64,000 bases of DNA, taken from sequence record PX104380.1, one strand, 5' to 3'. This stretch comes from a phage. Shown one piece after another: positions 36,008 to 45,976 of this stretch. Position numbers and translations under genes: made by a program. Positions within the stretch are counted from its first letter, which is position 1. Each line of letters starts with the position of its first letter. Below the pieces are notes generated by a model. That model was not told where the DNA came from and made no database searches. It saw nothing but the letters and a program-made list of their open reading frames with translations.

Positions 36008-36333
36008 TTAAACCATCCTTTAATACGCTGCCACAAAGTTTTCTGCTGAGCTTTGTTGACACCAATTGAACGAATAACTGGTTGAGATTCCTGGAATTCT
36101 TTATAATCGGCAAGGTAAATTTCGTAAGCTGCATCCGTAAATGAACTTATCGCTGCCATAAAATTATTGCGAATACCTACTGGAGCATCTTTACTTTCAC
36201 GAATAATCATGTATTTACCAGTCTTAATCTTTACAATAGTTCCAAGATAAGCTCCATGATACCAGATGTCCCAACCCTCTTGAGTAGGTTCTGCACAACG
36301 ACGAAGTTCATTAACAATTTCTAACTTGTTCAT
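36004..36333 (-). CDS. hypothetical protein, 109 aa
   Basis: ORF track. Confidence 0.5.
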   Translation of the reverse strand: MNKLEIVNELRRCAEPTQEGWDIWYHGAYLGTIVKIKTGKYMIIRESKDAPVGIRNNFMAAISSFTDAAYEIYLADYKEFQESQPVIRSIGVNKAQQKTLWQRIKGWFK

Positions 36334-36343
36334 TATTTATTCC

Positions 36344-36979
36344 TCACAGTTCAGATGCTACAGTGATTACTGCTTCAATGTTTTCTGCCGAGCGTTTAAT
36401 GTCAAGATAAACATTACCGTTTTTAGCGATTTTACAAGACATTCCGATATCAGTAAATTTCTGAATATGATGTTCCATCATTTTGTATCCAAAAATTCGC
36501 ATATTTCCATTGTTGTTAATTTCAAAATTACGAATTCCGTGAGTGCGTTTTTCTAAAATAGCGAGATAGTTACTGCGATAAGTTTCAACCTTTTTAAGAA
36601 CAAATCCATTTTCATCTAAAAGTTTTAACATGAGGTCTTTATCTTCTTCCATATCAGAAGTAATCTCACGAGCTTTACGAGTTGCTCGTTTTTTCAGTAG
36701 TTCCGGAGCATTTTCCTGTGCGTATAAAGTTGCTGCATTTGAAATAATATCCTGGGCTTCACCTGTAATGATTAATCCATCACCAGATTTCTCCACCAGG
36801 CCTTTTTTAATCAATACCCCAATATTACTATTAACTACTGCGTTACCTAAATCTGGATGCACCCCACGAACTTCTGCGGCTGTAATGAAATCTTTCTTAG
36901 CAATGGTAATTAAAATCGCAGCAGTTTTTTCATTCAGAACATCGTTAGAAGCTTTGATGATGTAAGTTACTTTAGACAT
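36344..36979 (-). CDS. motA: MotA middle-transcription activator, 211 aa
   Basis: 211 aa, MSKVTYIIKASNDVLNEKTAAILITIAKKDF...; early-type promoter upstream. Confidence 0.9.
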   Translation of the reverse strand: MSKVTYIIKASNDVLNEKTAAILITIAKKDFITAAEVRGVHPDLGNAVVNSNIGVLIKKGLVEKSGDGLIITGEAQDIISNAATLYAQENAPELLKKRATRKAREITSDMEEDKDLMLKLLDENGFVLKKVETYRSNYLAILEKRTHGIRNFEINNNGNMRIFGYKMMEHHIQKFTDIGMSCKIAKNGNVYLDIKRSAENIEAVITVASEL

Positions 36980-37017
36980 TTTCTAATCTCCGTAATTCTG
37001 TATCAGTAGTTGATAGT

Positions 37018-37050
37018 TGTATAGTACCACAGTATGCTTTGGTTGTAAAC
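37018..37050 (-). promoter_or_regulatory. early-type promoter upstream of motA
   Basis: GTTTAC-N18-TACTAT with A/T-rich upstream tract and conserved leader. Confidence 0.6.
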
Positions 37051-37070
37051 CGTTTTATGAAAAAAATTTT

Positions 37071-37100
37071 AAAATAAAAAGGGAGAGCCTCGGCTCTCCC
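37071..37100 (-). terminator. rho-independent terminator upstream of motA promoter
   Basis: Minus sense GGGAGAGCCGAGGCUCUCCC followed by UUUUUAUUUU. Confidence 0.65.
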
Positions 37101-37105
37101 TAAAA

Positions 37106-37255
37106 TTACTGCATGACTGTGATAACTGTCATGATAACACGTTGAATTCCGAACGCAAGAAGACCTCCTGCTACGGCTGGAACAACACCTAAACCCGCCA
37201 GTAAAATGCTACCGGATACTAATGCAGCGCTTGTAATACCAATGAATGGACTCAT
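37106..37255 (-). CDS. small hydrophobic membrane protein, 49 aa
   Basis: MSPFIGITSAALVSGSILLAGLGVVPAVAGGLLAFGIQRVIMTVITVMQ; ATG overlaps gp52 stop (ATGA); below track cutoff. Confidence 0.4.
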   Translation of the reverse strand: MSPFIGITSAALVSGSILLAGLGVVPAVAGGLLAFGIQRVIMTVITVMQ

Positions 37256-38580
37256 TTGATTTCCTCTAAATCTTTAGTGTATTCTGTAACTACATCAGTA
37301 GTTTTCCAATATTCGTTTTCTTCTTTTTTAGCTTTAGCTTCTTCAGCAAGTTTCTTTGCTTCGTCGGAAGTCATATGAAAAATATTCATTCCGACTAGTT
37401 TATCGACATAAGAAGAATACATCTCAATTTTAGAAAGTTCTTCGGTCAGTTCTTTGCGAGTTTTACCCTGTACAACAATTTCACCTGAAATTACTTTCTT
37501 AATGAAATGCGCCTTGGCAAAGGCTAAACGAAAAGCTGACTCAGTTTCTTTGATTTTGTTATCAATTCGTTTTTGGACATAAGTTTTACGAACTTCAACG
37601 AAGTCTTTGATTAAATCAACTACGTTATCGTAAACTTGTAGCTTTCCTTTCTCATTAATAACGGTAATATTTTGGGAACGACGCTCAATCAACCCAAAGT
37701 CTTTCATAATTTTTGCATGGCGTTCTTCTTCGTTATCGCTCAAAGAATATTCTTTGCGGAATTTAACTTTGAAGCCAAAACCATGCTCACCACAAGCATC
37801 ATCCCATGTAATGAAGCCTTTATCTTCAAGTGGATCTAAAATTTTGCTCACATAAGTTTCACGATCATACTTATACGGAATCTCAGTGATATGCATTTGC
37901 GTTCGTGAAGTAAACTTATATGTTCCACGAATTTCATATTGACCGTCAATCTCAACGACTTCACCACGAAATTCTGGGAATTCTACCTTCGGTTTAGTTA
38001 CTTTCTTTCCTTGAAGAGCTTGCAGTACAGCTTTCTTGACAGAAGAAACACTATGAGGAAGAATGTAAGTTGCATAACCAGTTGCAATACCGGAAACACC
38101 ATTAAGAAGAACAGTAGGAATAATAGGCAAATAGAAAGCAGGCGGAATGTGTTCTTTATCTTGATGTACCGGAGCATATTCAGTATCTTTATATACGTTA
38201 TAGAAATTTTTACTTACACGAGCAAAAATATAACGACTTGCTGCTGCTTTTTGAACGGTACGAGAACCAAAGTTTCCTTGACCATCTAACAAAGGAAAGT
38301 TATTATTCCAAGTGTTAGCCATCAAAGCCCCCGCATCTTGTGCAGAGTTTTCACCATGATGATATCCAAGGTCCGCTACACCACCTGCAATAGAAGCGAG
38401 TTTGTGAAACTTATCTTTATTTCCTCGTGCCAAATCAAGAGCTCGAGCAATAACAAATCGTTGAACTGGCTTAAATCCGTCAATCATATTTGGAATGGCA
38501 CGATTTTCAACCGTGTACATAGCATAAGCCAATGCTTCATTATCAATGATACTTTTTAAATCGCGATTATTCAGTTGCAT
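37252..38580 (-). CDS. 52: DNA topoisomerase II medium subunit gp52 (GyrA-like), 442 aa
   Basis: 442 aa; GyrA-type catalytic region (ASRYIFARV). Confidence 0.9.
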   Translation of the reverse strand: MQLNNRDLKSIIDNEALAYAMYTVENRAIPNMIDGFKPVQRFVIARALDLARGNKDKFHKLASIAGGVADLGYHHGENSAQDAGALMANTWNNNFPLLDGQGNFGSRTVQKAAASRYIFARVSKNFYNVYKDTEYAPVHQDKEHIPPAFYLPIIPTVLLNGVSGIATGYATYILPHSVSSVKKAVLQALQGKKVTKPKVEFPEFRGEVVEIDGQYEIRGTYKFTSRTQMHITEIPYKYDRETYVSKILDPLEDKGFITWDDACGEHGFGFKVKFRKEYSLSDNEEERHAKIMKDFGLIERRSQNITVINEKGKLQVYDNVVDLIKDFVEVRKTYVQKRIDNKIKETESAFRLAFAKAHFIKKVISGEIVVQGKTRKELTEELSKIEMYSSYVDKLVGMNIFHMTSDEAKKLAEEAKAKKEENEYWKTTDVVTEYTKDLEEIK

Positions 38581-38584
38581 AAAT

Positions 38585-38725
38585 TTACCATACTAGTGAA
38601 TGTAGTGCCATAATAACATCAGAAATGAAAAGCACGACTTGAATTAATCCGAACATTACTCCATAATATAGTGCTACTAATAAAGTAGCAAGGGCTAATG
38701 AATAGCCCAAGATTTTCTTAATCAT
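38585..38725 (-). CDS. small hydrophobic protein, 46 aa
   Basis: MIKKILGYSLALATLLVALYYGVMFGLIQVVLFISDVIMALHSLVW; below track cutoff. Confidence 0.35.
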   Translation of the reverse strand: MIKKILGYSLALATLLVALYYGVMFGLIQVVLFISDVIMALHSLVW

Positions 38726-38876
38726 TAGTAGATAACAACACAAATGTTAAATATGCACACATACCCTGAGCTAAAGCTTGCGAAAACACACTGCTGGCAT
38801 CAATACAGATAGTTAAAACACATGCTACTATCCAACAAATAAATGAAATAACTCCTAATAATTTTGCAATATTCAT
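38718..38876 (-). CDS. small hydrophobic Cys-rich membrane protein, 52 aa
   Basis: MNIAKLLGVISFICWIVACVLTICIDASS...; below track cutoff. Confidence 0.35.
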   Translation of the reverse strand: MNIAKLLGVISFICWIVACVLTICIDASSVFSQALAQGMCAYLTFVLLSTND

Positions 38877-38883
38877 ATTTTCC

Positions 38884-38997
38884 TCACATAAATCCAAAGT
38901 AAACGTTTAATACATCAATCATTAAAACGATTGGGAATATACTCAAAACTACTAGTATTATAACTACATTCCATATAGCTTTAACAATCTTTTTCAT
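38884..38997 (-). CDS. small membrane protein, 37 aa
   Basis: ATG at 38997 after GGAGGAACAG; MKKIVKAIWNVVIILVVLSIFPIVLMIDVLNVYFGFM; track extension covers promoter. Confidence 0.4.
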   Translation of the reverse strand: MKKIVKAIWNVVIILVVLSIFPIVLMIDVLNVYFGFM

Positions 38998-39023
38998 TTT
39001 CTGTTCCTCCGTAGTTGATAGGG

Positions 39024-39055
39024 TAATAGTACCACGGAAGAACAGTCTTGTAAAC
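39024..39055 (-). promoter_or_regulatory. early-type promoter
   Basis: GTTTAC...GGTACTATTACCC; leader plus RBS nearly identical to cassette at 39530. Confidence 0.55.
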
Positions 39056-39062
39056 AGCTTTT

Positions 39063-39161
39063 TTAAAAATATTCGTAATAAATGTGAATACCAACTACTA
39101 CCGCTGAAACCTGTGCAACCCACCACGCACAAGCAATAAGTACAGAATTCAAAATTTTCAT
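39063..39161 (-). CDS. small hydrophobic peptide, 32 aa
   Basis: MKILNSVLIACAWWVAQVSAVVVGIHIYYEYF; overlapping ATG/TGA with next mini-ORF. Confidence 0.3.
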   Translation of the reverse strand: MKILNSVLIACAWWVAQVSAVVVGIHIYYEYF

Positions 39162-39244
39162 AATAACCTCATTACAAAAGTAAATGTTAAACAAATTACT
39201 GGAATACTAATTAACCAAACAAAACACCACCATAGTGAACTCAT
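39158..39244 (-). CDS. small hydrophobic peptide, 28 aa
   Basis: MSSLWWCFVWLISIPVICLTFTFVMRLL; start overlaps stop of upstream ORF. Confidence 0.3.
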   Translation of the reverse strand: MSSLWWCFVWLISIPVICLTFTFVMRLL

Positions 39245-39504
39245 AGCTCAATCTCAGCGATTTTCATTTCATTACTATTAATAGCCGCTTTAAGACTATC
39301 TGAAAGAATTACATTCCAATGGTCATTCATATGACCATTAACTAAGCGTGTAATTTCTTCGGGAGTTGAAAAATAAGGCTGATCAGACTCCCAATGCGAT
39401 AGTCCCAAGCGAGTATAAATCATACCTTCATCATCGCTAGAATATTCAACTGACACAAACTCATCAGTTATTTTATGTTTAGCGTAATAAAATTTAAATT
39501 TCAT
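39241..39504 (-). CDS. hypothetical protein, 87 aa
   Basis: ORF track; early-type promoter upstream. Confidence 0.5.
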   Translation of the reverse strand: MKFKFYYAKHKITDEFVSVEYSSDDEGMIYTRLGLSHWESDQPYFSTPEEITRLVNGHMNDHWNVILSDSLKAAINSNEMKIAEIEL

Positions 39505-39529
39505 TTTCTGTTCCTCCGTAGTTGATAGT

Positions 39530-39562
39530 TATATAGTACCACGGTCCTTGTGGTGTGTAAAC
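39530..39562 (-). promoter_or_regulatory. early-type promoter
   Basis: GTTTAC...GGTACTATATAAC; near-identical to cassette at 39024. Confidence 0.55.
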
Positions 39563-39580
39563 CATTTTGTGAAAAATTTT

Positions 39581-40138
39581 TTAAATGGAAAGATACCATC
39601 CGTTGTAGTTGCTTTTTCGCACTACCTTACGAAGGTCTTCTCTGTCACCGATGAACTTCGGAGTGTACTGGATGACACCTGGATGAATTTCTTTAGTGTT
39701 GAATATAATTATACAGTCCGCGACTTGATGATTTAGAATGGGCCCTAGATTTATTCCAGAACCATATGGATACTCTCCGCTGCATCCCGTTGTTACCGAA
39801 ATCCAACGCGAGTCAGTTTGATGTGTCTTAACTTCTACACGGAGCCCACAGTATTTTGGATGTGCTAAAACATCCCATGCATACGTGTACGGATCATCGG
39901 CATCTTCTTGACCTTTGTTAACATATCCACTCAACCAATCTGCTACCACATACTCGGCATACACAGCAATACGGCATCTTTCGATAACTTCTGCCTTATC
40001 CTGATTTGGGTTTTGTTTTAAAGAGTATCTTGCAGTATCAGCAATTTTGGCCTTCATTTCACTAGTCAAGTCACTGTTAGATAGTGTAAATGACGGAATC
40101 TGAAATAGTCTCTGCAAACCCGGATTCGTTTTCTGCAT
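39581..40138 (-). CDS. denB: endonuclease IV-like protein, 185 aa
   Basis: 185 aa, position upstream of rIIB; assignment by size and synteny. Confidence 0.7.
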   Translation of the reverse strand: MQKTNPGLQRLFQIPSFTLSNSDLTSEMKAKIADTARYSLKQNPNQDKAEVIERCRIAVYAEYVVADWLSGYVNKGQEDADDPYTYAWDVLAHPKYCGLRVEVKTHQTDSRWISVTTGCSGEYPYGSGINLGPILNHQVADCIIIFNTKEIHPGVIQYTPKFIGDREDLRKVVRKSNYNGWYLSI

Positions 40139-40175
40139 TTAAACTTTCCTTTATGTCGGAATCATAATTTCTCTT

Positions 40176-40208
40176 AAAACAAAAGGGCCGAAGCCCTTAT
40201 TTTATTTG
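40176..40208. terminator. bidirectional terminator-like hairpin between denB and upstream ORF
   Basis: GGGCCGAAGCCC hairpin (UUCG loop on minus sense) flanked by A-run on one side and T-run on the other. Confidence 0.45.
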
Positions 40209-40396
40209 AATTGTGCAATTCTTTTTTCTAAACAATCTGCGTAAGATTTCATTGAGATGAACTGTGAAAGCAGTAATTCTTGCTCAACTGCATTAACTGT
40301 TAGAAACTTTGCGCTTTCTAAAAATTTACTCAGTGCATTAATTTTGAGCATTAATTGATCGTATTCTTCTTTTACTCGTGCTTGATAACCTAACAT
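40202..40396 (-). CDS. hypothetical protein, 64 aa
   Basis: ORF track; flanked by tetraloop hairpins. Confidence 0.45.
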   Translation of the reverse strand: MLGYQARVKEEYDQLMLKINALSKFLESAKFLTVNAVEQELLLSQFISMKSYADCLEKRIAQFK

Positions 40397-40428
40397 AATT
40401 TTCCTTAATGTGATAAGGGACGAAGCCC

Positions 40429-41367
40429 TTATTTAAATTGTTCTGTAACGTCTTCAACTACTTCGTATTGGCAGGTACGCATTTTAGCATCGTTGTAATC
40501 AATCGGAATTGATACTACATCACGCGGATGTACTTTAACTTTTACAACTCGGCTAGTTGAACTGCCAAAGTGACGAATATAAGATTTAGAACACACATGC
40601 AGACCGCGAGAACAAGTTTGTGTATCATCGTCATTCACACGAGTACGTGGCATTTTAACTACTTTACCAGGGCTGTTATCAAAAGTATTTGAATGACAGT
40701 CAAAGTAATTGCTGCGAACTACTTTCCAAGCATAGAAGTAACCGTCTTCTGTAATTTCAATATCGTTTGCTACCAAGAAATCAAAGAGTCGAGATACCGC
40801 TTTTTGGCTTGGGTTTTCCAGCAGATTTTCCAAGAACGGAAAATAGAATTCAAAGTTTTCGCCTTTTTCCATCGAGTCAAGAATACGATCAACCAAACCA
40901 GACCGTAATTCGATATTTTGATAGAACAAGCTTCCACCTTCAATTCGAACATCGCCGGAAATATATTTTTCAACAGCGCGGCGAACATTAATTTTTTGCG
41001 CAGCTTCTTCCAGCTTATCTGCTACAAGCAGATTAAGAATTTCCTGGAAGTTTGAATGAGTATTAGGAGTTGCGTTATAAGTTACACCGTCAACAGTAAT
41101 TGAAATGAATTTTTTAGATGCATTCCAAATAATGTCAGATTTAGCAACTGGAGCAATAGCTACATCACTCTTAACTTCAACTGTAATGTCACCGCTAATA
41201 GTAACTTTGGAGCGTTTAGCTTCTTCAGCATTTTTCAAAACACGACGGATTGTGTCAACCGATACACCTTGCCAATCAGCCAATTCCTGTTGGGTGTAAT
41301 TACCACTTGAATACAGCTTAACAATTTCAGCTTGTTCGTTTTTGGTCAGGCATTTAATATTGTACAT
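40429..41367 (-). CDS. rIIB: rIIB, 312 aa
   Basis: 312 aa, immediately downstream of rIIA; N-terminal HTH-like region (YTQQELADWQGVSVDTIRR). Confidence 0.9.
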   Translation of the reverse strand: MYNIKCLTKNEQAEIVKLYSSGNYTQQELADWQGVSVDTIRRVLKNAEEAKRSKVTISGDITVEVKSDVAIAPVAKSDIIWNASKKFISITVDGVTYNATPNTHSNFQEILNLLVADKLEEAAQKINVRRAVEKYISGDVRIEGGSLFYQNIELRSGLVDRILDSMEKGENFEFYFPFLENLLENPSQKAVSRLFDFLVANDIEITEDGYFYAWKVVRSNYFDCHSNTFDNSPGKVVKMPRTRVNDDDTQTCSRGLHVCSKSYIRHFGSSTSRVVKVKVHPRDVVSIPIDYNDAKMRTCQYEVVEDVTEQFK

Positions 41368-41378
41368 AATTTTCCTTA

Positions 41379-43556
41379 TTAGGCCGCAAGGGCCTTCATA
41401 GTTTTAGCGATTTGAGAAACTTCATCATCACTTAAAGAGTTGCGATATCCGATGAAGTCGGAAACAATACGGAATTTCTTGGTAAACTCAGCAACCATTT
41501 TATCACTGTTTTTTGAAGCATTATTTGATAATACATCAAAAAGATTAGTTACTGTCCAGATGTCATGACCGATGGTATCTTTTCCACCATTAAAATACAC
41601 ACCCTGCAATGAACTAACCATATTAGCGAGTCGTGTATATTCTTCAGAAACTTCATCTGTACTGAAGTACTTCATCATAAAATCTAGTTCAGGATGCTTG
41701 ATAATTTTATCAATATATCGTTGAGCTGAACTTGAATAACCTACATACTTATCATAATCTACATCATCAAAAGCATCTACATATAAATCACGTAAAGCTT
41801 CAAAAATACATTGGCACTGACCAAGCTCTTTTACCTTTTTCTGCAAAAGCGGACGAATAACATAAAATTCATTAATGCCAATAAGATTAGCCATACGAAT
41901 CAAAATATTCATAGATGGATGACAAAGCGATGTAGTACCATCCATAGAGAAAATATCAGAACGATGCATATACGCTACATACCCAGTAATTTCATCTGCT
42001 TCTGATGTGAGCGTAAATAATTCCTCTTTTTCCCAGCGCCCGTCTTTAATTTCAAACTTAAATGCTGTAGCAGCTTTAGGACGAGGAGCTTTACTTTTAA
42101 CTACCTTTGGAATATAGCTTTTAACTAAAGCTTCAATTTCTGACAAATAATGAATGTTAACTTCATCACTTTCAAACATCGCCATAATATCAGGAAGCAA
42201 ATCAATCTGCGATTCTACTTCTGGATTAATAAACAGAAGGCGTTCGTTGTGATGAATATTTAAGGTGTTATTAAATTCACTATCATCTAACGCATGTGCT
42301 AATCCACGGACAATATTAACACGATTTTTAATATTATCAATAACGATATTAATTTTTGTTGCATTAATACCAAACAGACGATAACTTGATGCAACGGCTG
42401 AAGTTTCATGACTTTGCTTAATGCGTTTCAGTCGAGGGTCAAGATTTACTTCATACACAACTCCTGCATTGCATAACTTACTATCAGGTTCAAACATACT
42501 CTGCATCTTTTTATATGACAGATTTTTAGTCGTGAATTTGACTGAATTACTAATCATATAATCTCGAGCAGAATACCCCATCTTCATCAATTCACGATAT
42601 GTGTGACGAGGAGATGTAGATTCTTTAAATCGTTTTACATCTTCATTAAATGCTTTCTCACTGAGTTCTTTAACTCGTTCAATAATATTTTTACGAGTAC
42701 GATCATCCAGTGAAAGAGCCTCACGAGATGGAGCAATATCAAGTGAACCCATTGGAAACTTAATGTAATTCACTTCATTGCGAATGCTTAGCCAGTTACG
42801 GTCTCTAATAACACCGTCGATAGGATAAACAATACCGCCATAGATAGCATATAATCCGCCGCGATCTGGCCAGTATCTTTCTGGATTTACACCGTAATAA
42901 TCATCAAAATCCGGAAAATAATCAATTTCGCGGTCAAGACCGTTAATGATAGCCAAATCTTTGAACGGTCGCATGATATAAGAAACTTCATAAGCAAAGT
43001 TTCTAAAGTCTTTTTCTTCAACTGGAACTACGATTTCAATACCAGTTTTATCATCTGGATCCATTTCTTTTACGAATGTAGGTTTAATCTGTGGACCATC
43101 ACCATCCATGTAAGCTACATAACCACGAATTTCACCTTTATGATACGAAGTAATACTAAACGTATCAGTATAACTAAACGGAGATTTAGAACCTAAACCA
43201 AATCCACCAATGAAATCATTAGATTCAGCTTTAGATGAACTGAAATATGAATTATACAGACCAGGAGAATTATCATCACCCTGAATATCAAAATCACTCA
43301 TACCCGGACCAAAATCTCGACAAACAAATCGTGGATCTAAACGTCCAGGAACTTGAATGATAAATTTTTCAGGATTTCCATTGAGAGAATGGGCATCAAT
43401 CATGTTGGTAATCAATTCACGGACTACTGCGCGAATCTTGTTTGTATACAAATCAGACGACAGAATTTTAAATACTTTAGGAGATGCTGTGATGCTAAAT
43501 GCTTTTGATTTAGAACCATTGCCAAGAATTGTTTCTTTTTCAGTGGTGATAATCAT
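41379..43556 (-). CDS. rIIA: rIIA, 725 aa
   Basis: 725 aa; N-terminal GHKL-ATPase-like motifs ([10 protein letters not shown]..., GFGLGSKS). Confidence 0.9.
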   Translation of the reverse strand: MIITTEKETILGNGSKSKAFSITASPKVFKILSSDLYTNKIRAVVRELITNMIDAHSLNGNPEKFIIQVPGRLDPRFVCRDFGPGMSDFDIQGDDNSPGLYNSYFSSSKAESNDFIGGFGLGSKSPFSYTDTFSITSYHKGEIRGYVAYMDGDGPQIKPTFVKEMDPDDKTGIEIVVPVEEKDFRNFAYEVSYIMRPFKDLAIINGLDREIDYFPDFDDYYGVNPERYWPDRGGLYAIYGGIVYPIDGVIRDRNWLSIRNEVNYIKFPMGSLDIAPSREALSLDDRTRKNIIERVKELSEKAFNEDVKRFKESTSPRHTYRELMKMGYSARDYMISNSVKFTTKNLSYKKMQSMFEPDSKLCNAGVVYEVNLDPRLKRIKQSHETSAVASSYRLFGINATKINIVIDNIKNRVNIVRGLAHALDDSEFNNTLNIHHNERLLFINPEVESQIDLLPDIMAMFESDEVNIHYLSEIEALVKSYIPKVVKSKAPRPKAATAFKFEIKDGRWEKEELFTLTSEADEITGYVAYMHRSDIFSMDGTTSLCHPSMNILIRMANLIGINEFYVIRPLLQKKVKELGQCQCIFEALRDLYVDAFDDVDYDKYVGYSSSAQRYIDKIIKHPELDFMMKYFSTDEVSEEYTRLANMVSSLQGVYFNGGKDTIGHDIWTVTNLFDVLSNNASKNSDKMVAEFTKKFRIVSDFIGYRNSLSDDEVSQIAKTMKALAA

Positions 43557-43566
43557 AATTTCCTCA

Positions 43567-43770
43567 TTAATTCATATTACGCTTAATAACTTCAGCAACT
43601 TCTAGTAATTCATCTTTAGTTGCAGTGTCGGATTGAATTTTATCTCTAATATCTTTAAAGCGGTTTTTAAATTCTTCGGCTTCTCCCATATCGAAAAAGC
43701 GTTGAATGATTCTATATTCTCGATGAACTGCTTTATCAAAAAGTTCTAAATTTACTTTATATGATTTCAT
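43567..43770 (-). CDS. hypothetical protein, 67 aa
   Basis: ORF track; early-type promoter upstream. Confidence 0.5.
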   Translation of the reverse strand: MKSYKVNLELFDKAVHREYRIIQRFFDMGEAEEFKNRFKDIRDKIQSDTATKDELLEVAEVIKRNMN

Positions 43771-43795
43771 TTCAATATCCTCATTTGCCCAATTA

Positions 43796-43825
43796 ATTAT
43801 ACCACATCCTTGTGGTAAAGTAAAC
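43796..43825 (-). promoter_or_regulatory. early-type promoter
   Basis: GTTTAC-N18-TATAAT upstream of ORF 43567-43770. Confidence 0.55.
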
Positions 43826-45642
43826 TACTGGCTCATCCATTCTTTACGAAGGTCAGCATTATCTCCCATGAGCATTTCAAAAAGCTCATTCCAGTTCTCA
43901 GGAAGTTTAACAACATCATATACCGGATTTTGAATCATCTCACGATATTCAGATTTTTCCAAAGAGCCAAGTCCCTTAATATAACGGATGCTATGTTTAG
44001 GTAGAGCATCTTTAGCACTCTCATATTCAGCGACTGTATAAAACCATTCTTGTTTTTTACCGACCTGAGCGATGATTACAGGAGTTTTGACAAAGCGAAT
44101 TCTTCCTTGTTCAAACAGTTCTGGCCAATTACTAAAAAATCCGAGCAGAGAAGGATAAATGCTTCCTAGACCATCATGGTCAGCATCGGTCATAATAGCA
44201 ATATTATGATAATTCAAGTTTTCAGCTTTTTCACCAAGAACTAATCCAGTGATTGCGCAAATATCAAACAGTTCTTTGTTTTTAAGCATATCAGCATATG
44301 ACATACCCCAACTGTTGAGAACTTTACCGCGCAATGGATAGCCACCATGAAGTTCTTTATCACGAACATCGATTAAATAACCAATTGCAGAATCACCCTC
44401 AGTCAAGAAAAGAGTAGTGTCAGCATCTTTACCACAAAGATTCGCTTTGATATGTTTATGAACCTTAGCTTTAGAAGCCTTTTTAGCTGCTTTAGTTTCT
44501 GCTGCTTTTTCTGCCGCCAATTTACGAGCCAAGGCAGCTTCAATAATCGGCATTAAAATTGCTTCATTATTTAGAATAGCGCGTGAAATCTTTTTAGCAT
44601 CAAGTTGAATATGACTACGAATTTCGCCAAATGGAGAAGTCAAACGCTCTTTAGTTTGAGAATCAAATCGCATGTTTTTCATATCACGGACAAACATAAC
44701 GATAGTCAAACATTCTTTAACGCGTGCTTTAGTCACATCAATTTTGAACTTACGTTTGATTTGTGGAATAAGGTCTTCACAAATATCATCCATAACACAG
44801 TCAATGTGATGGCCACCATTCTTAGTGTGAATGTTATTCACATAAGTTAATTGACGAAAACCATCCGGTGAACGACCAACCGCAATAGAGCAATTTTCTT
44901 GTTCTTGAACGATAGCATGCTCATCATATTGGCGTGCATATTTCTTAAAATTGCCCTGAACCTTTTTACCATTAAAGGTAAATTGAATATCAGGATAAAC
45001 TACTGCAAGTGTCTGGAGACGATCTAGTGTAATGTCAAGATAAACTTGGGACAGCTCATTAGTTTCAAATGACATAAAATCAGGAATGAAAGTAACACGA
45101 GTTCCTTTCCATTTTCCAGGAATAGTTTCCCATGATTTATTTTCCATGCCATTTGAACAACGAACTACAATATTATTTTGACCATCACCAGTTTCACCGA
45201 CAAACATCACAGAAAAAATGTTTGTCAAACTAGAACCAACACCATTCATACCGCCAGTGACGCGTTCTTTATCATCACCGAAGTTACCACCTGCTTTTGG
45301 AATAGTCCAGGCAGCAACAGGACCAGGAATTTCTTCACCGGTAGGTGTTTTGACCATCGCTTGTGGAATACCGCGACCGTTATCTTCAACTGTTACCTGA
45401 TTATTTTTAATGGTAACATTAATTTTATTCGCGAATTTAAACTTAGTACGAATACCTTCATCTACTGAGTTATCGATAATTTCATCAATAAGCTTAACAA
45501 GACCAGGTACATACTGAACACTTTCCCATTTACCAAACAGAAAGCGCTCATGCATTTCATTAGCAGAAGAGCCAATATACATGCCGCTACGCTTTTTGAT
45601 ATGTTCAATATCGCTCAGAATTTTAATTTCATTCTTAATCAT
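43825..45642 (-). CDS. 39: DNA topoisomerase II large subunit gp39 (GyrB-like), contiguous 605 aa
   Basis: GHKL ATPase N-terminus (IDEIIDNSVDE, GRGIP), TOPRIM region; single uninterrupted ORF. Confidence 0.9.
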   Translation of the reverse strand: MIKNEIKILSDIEHIKKRSGMYIGSSANEMHERFLFGKWESVQYVPGLVKLIDEIIDNSVDEGIRTKFKFANKINVTIKNNQVTVEDNGRGIPQAMVKTPTGEEIPGPVAAWTIPKAGGNFGDDKERVTGGMNGVGSSLTNIFSVMFVGETGDGQNNIVVRCSNGMENKSWETIPGKWKGTRVTFIPDFMSFETNELSQVYLDITLDRLQTLAVVYPDIQFTFNGKKVQGNFKKYARQYDEHAIVQEQENCSIAVGRSPDGFRQLTYVNNIHTKNGGHHIDCVMDDICEDLIPQIKRKFKIDVTKARVKECLTIVMFVRDMKNMRFDSQTKERLTSPFGEIRSHIQLDAKKISRAILNNEAILMPIIEAALARKLAAEKAAETKAAKKASKAKVHKHIKANLCGKDADTTLFLTEGDSAIGYLIDVRDKELHGGYPLRGKVLNSWGMSYADMLKNKELFDICAITGLVLGEKAENLNYHNIAIMTDADHDGLGSIYPSLLGFFSNWPELFEQGRIRFVKTPVIIAQVGKKQEWFYTVAEYESAKDALPKHSIRYIKGLGSLEKSEYREMIQNPVYDVVKLPENWNELFEMLMGDNADLRKEWMSQ

Positions 45643-45696
45643 TACTTATCCTCGTTTGGTTTCGGGAATATTATACTCCAATAATCATAAAGCTAA

Positions 45697-45714
45697 AGGC
45701 CCGAAGGCCTTTTA
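45697..45714. other. UUCG-tetraloop hairpin overlapping stop of lipoprotein ORF
   Basis: aaaggcccgaaggccttt; minus sense GGCC-UUCG-GGCC. Confidence 0.4.
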
Positions 45715-45972
45715 TTTAAAACGAATAGTTGAATCCTTAAAGAACAGCCCAGAACATACTGTTCCTTCTACTTTCTGCCCGGTAGGTCCAATAGCACGAA
45801 ATCCAGTATGCTGGAAATCATTTTCAGAGCAACCGAACCAATTATATCCAGTGATTTCAATATTAGTAAAACCACTTGAAGACAAAACTTTGGTTGCATT
45901 ATCAGCATCAGTACATCCTACTAAAGATACTGCTAATACTAATGCCGCGATAGAACGATTAACATATTTCAT
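45712..45972 (-). CDS. small lipoprotein, 86 aa
   Basis: Signal peptide with lipobox LVGC (MKYVNRSIAALVLAVSLVGCTDA). Confidence 0.5.
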   Translation of the reverse strand: MKYVNRSIAALVLAVSLVGCTDADNATKVLSSSGFTNIEITGYNWFGCSENDFQHTGFRAIGPTGQKVEGTVCSGLFFKDSTIRFK

Positions 45973-45976
45973 AATT

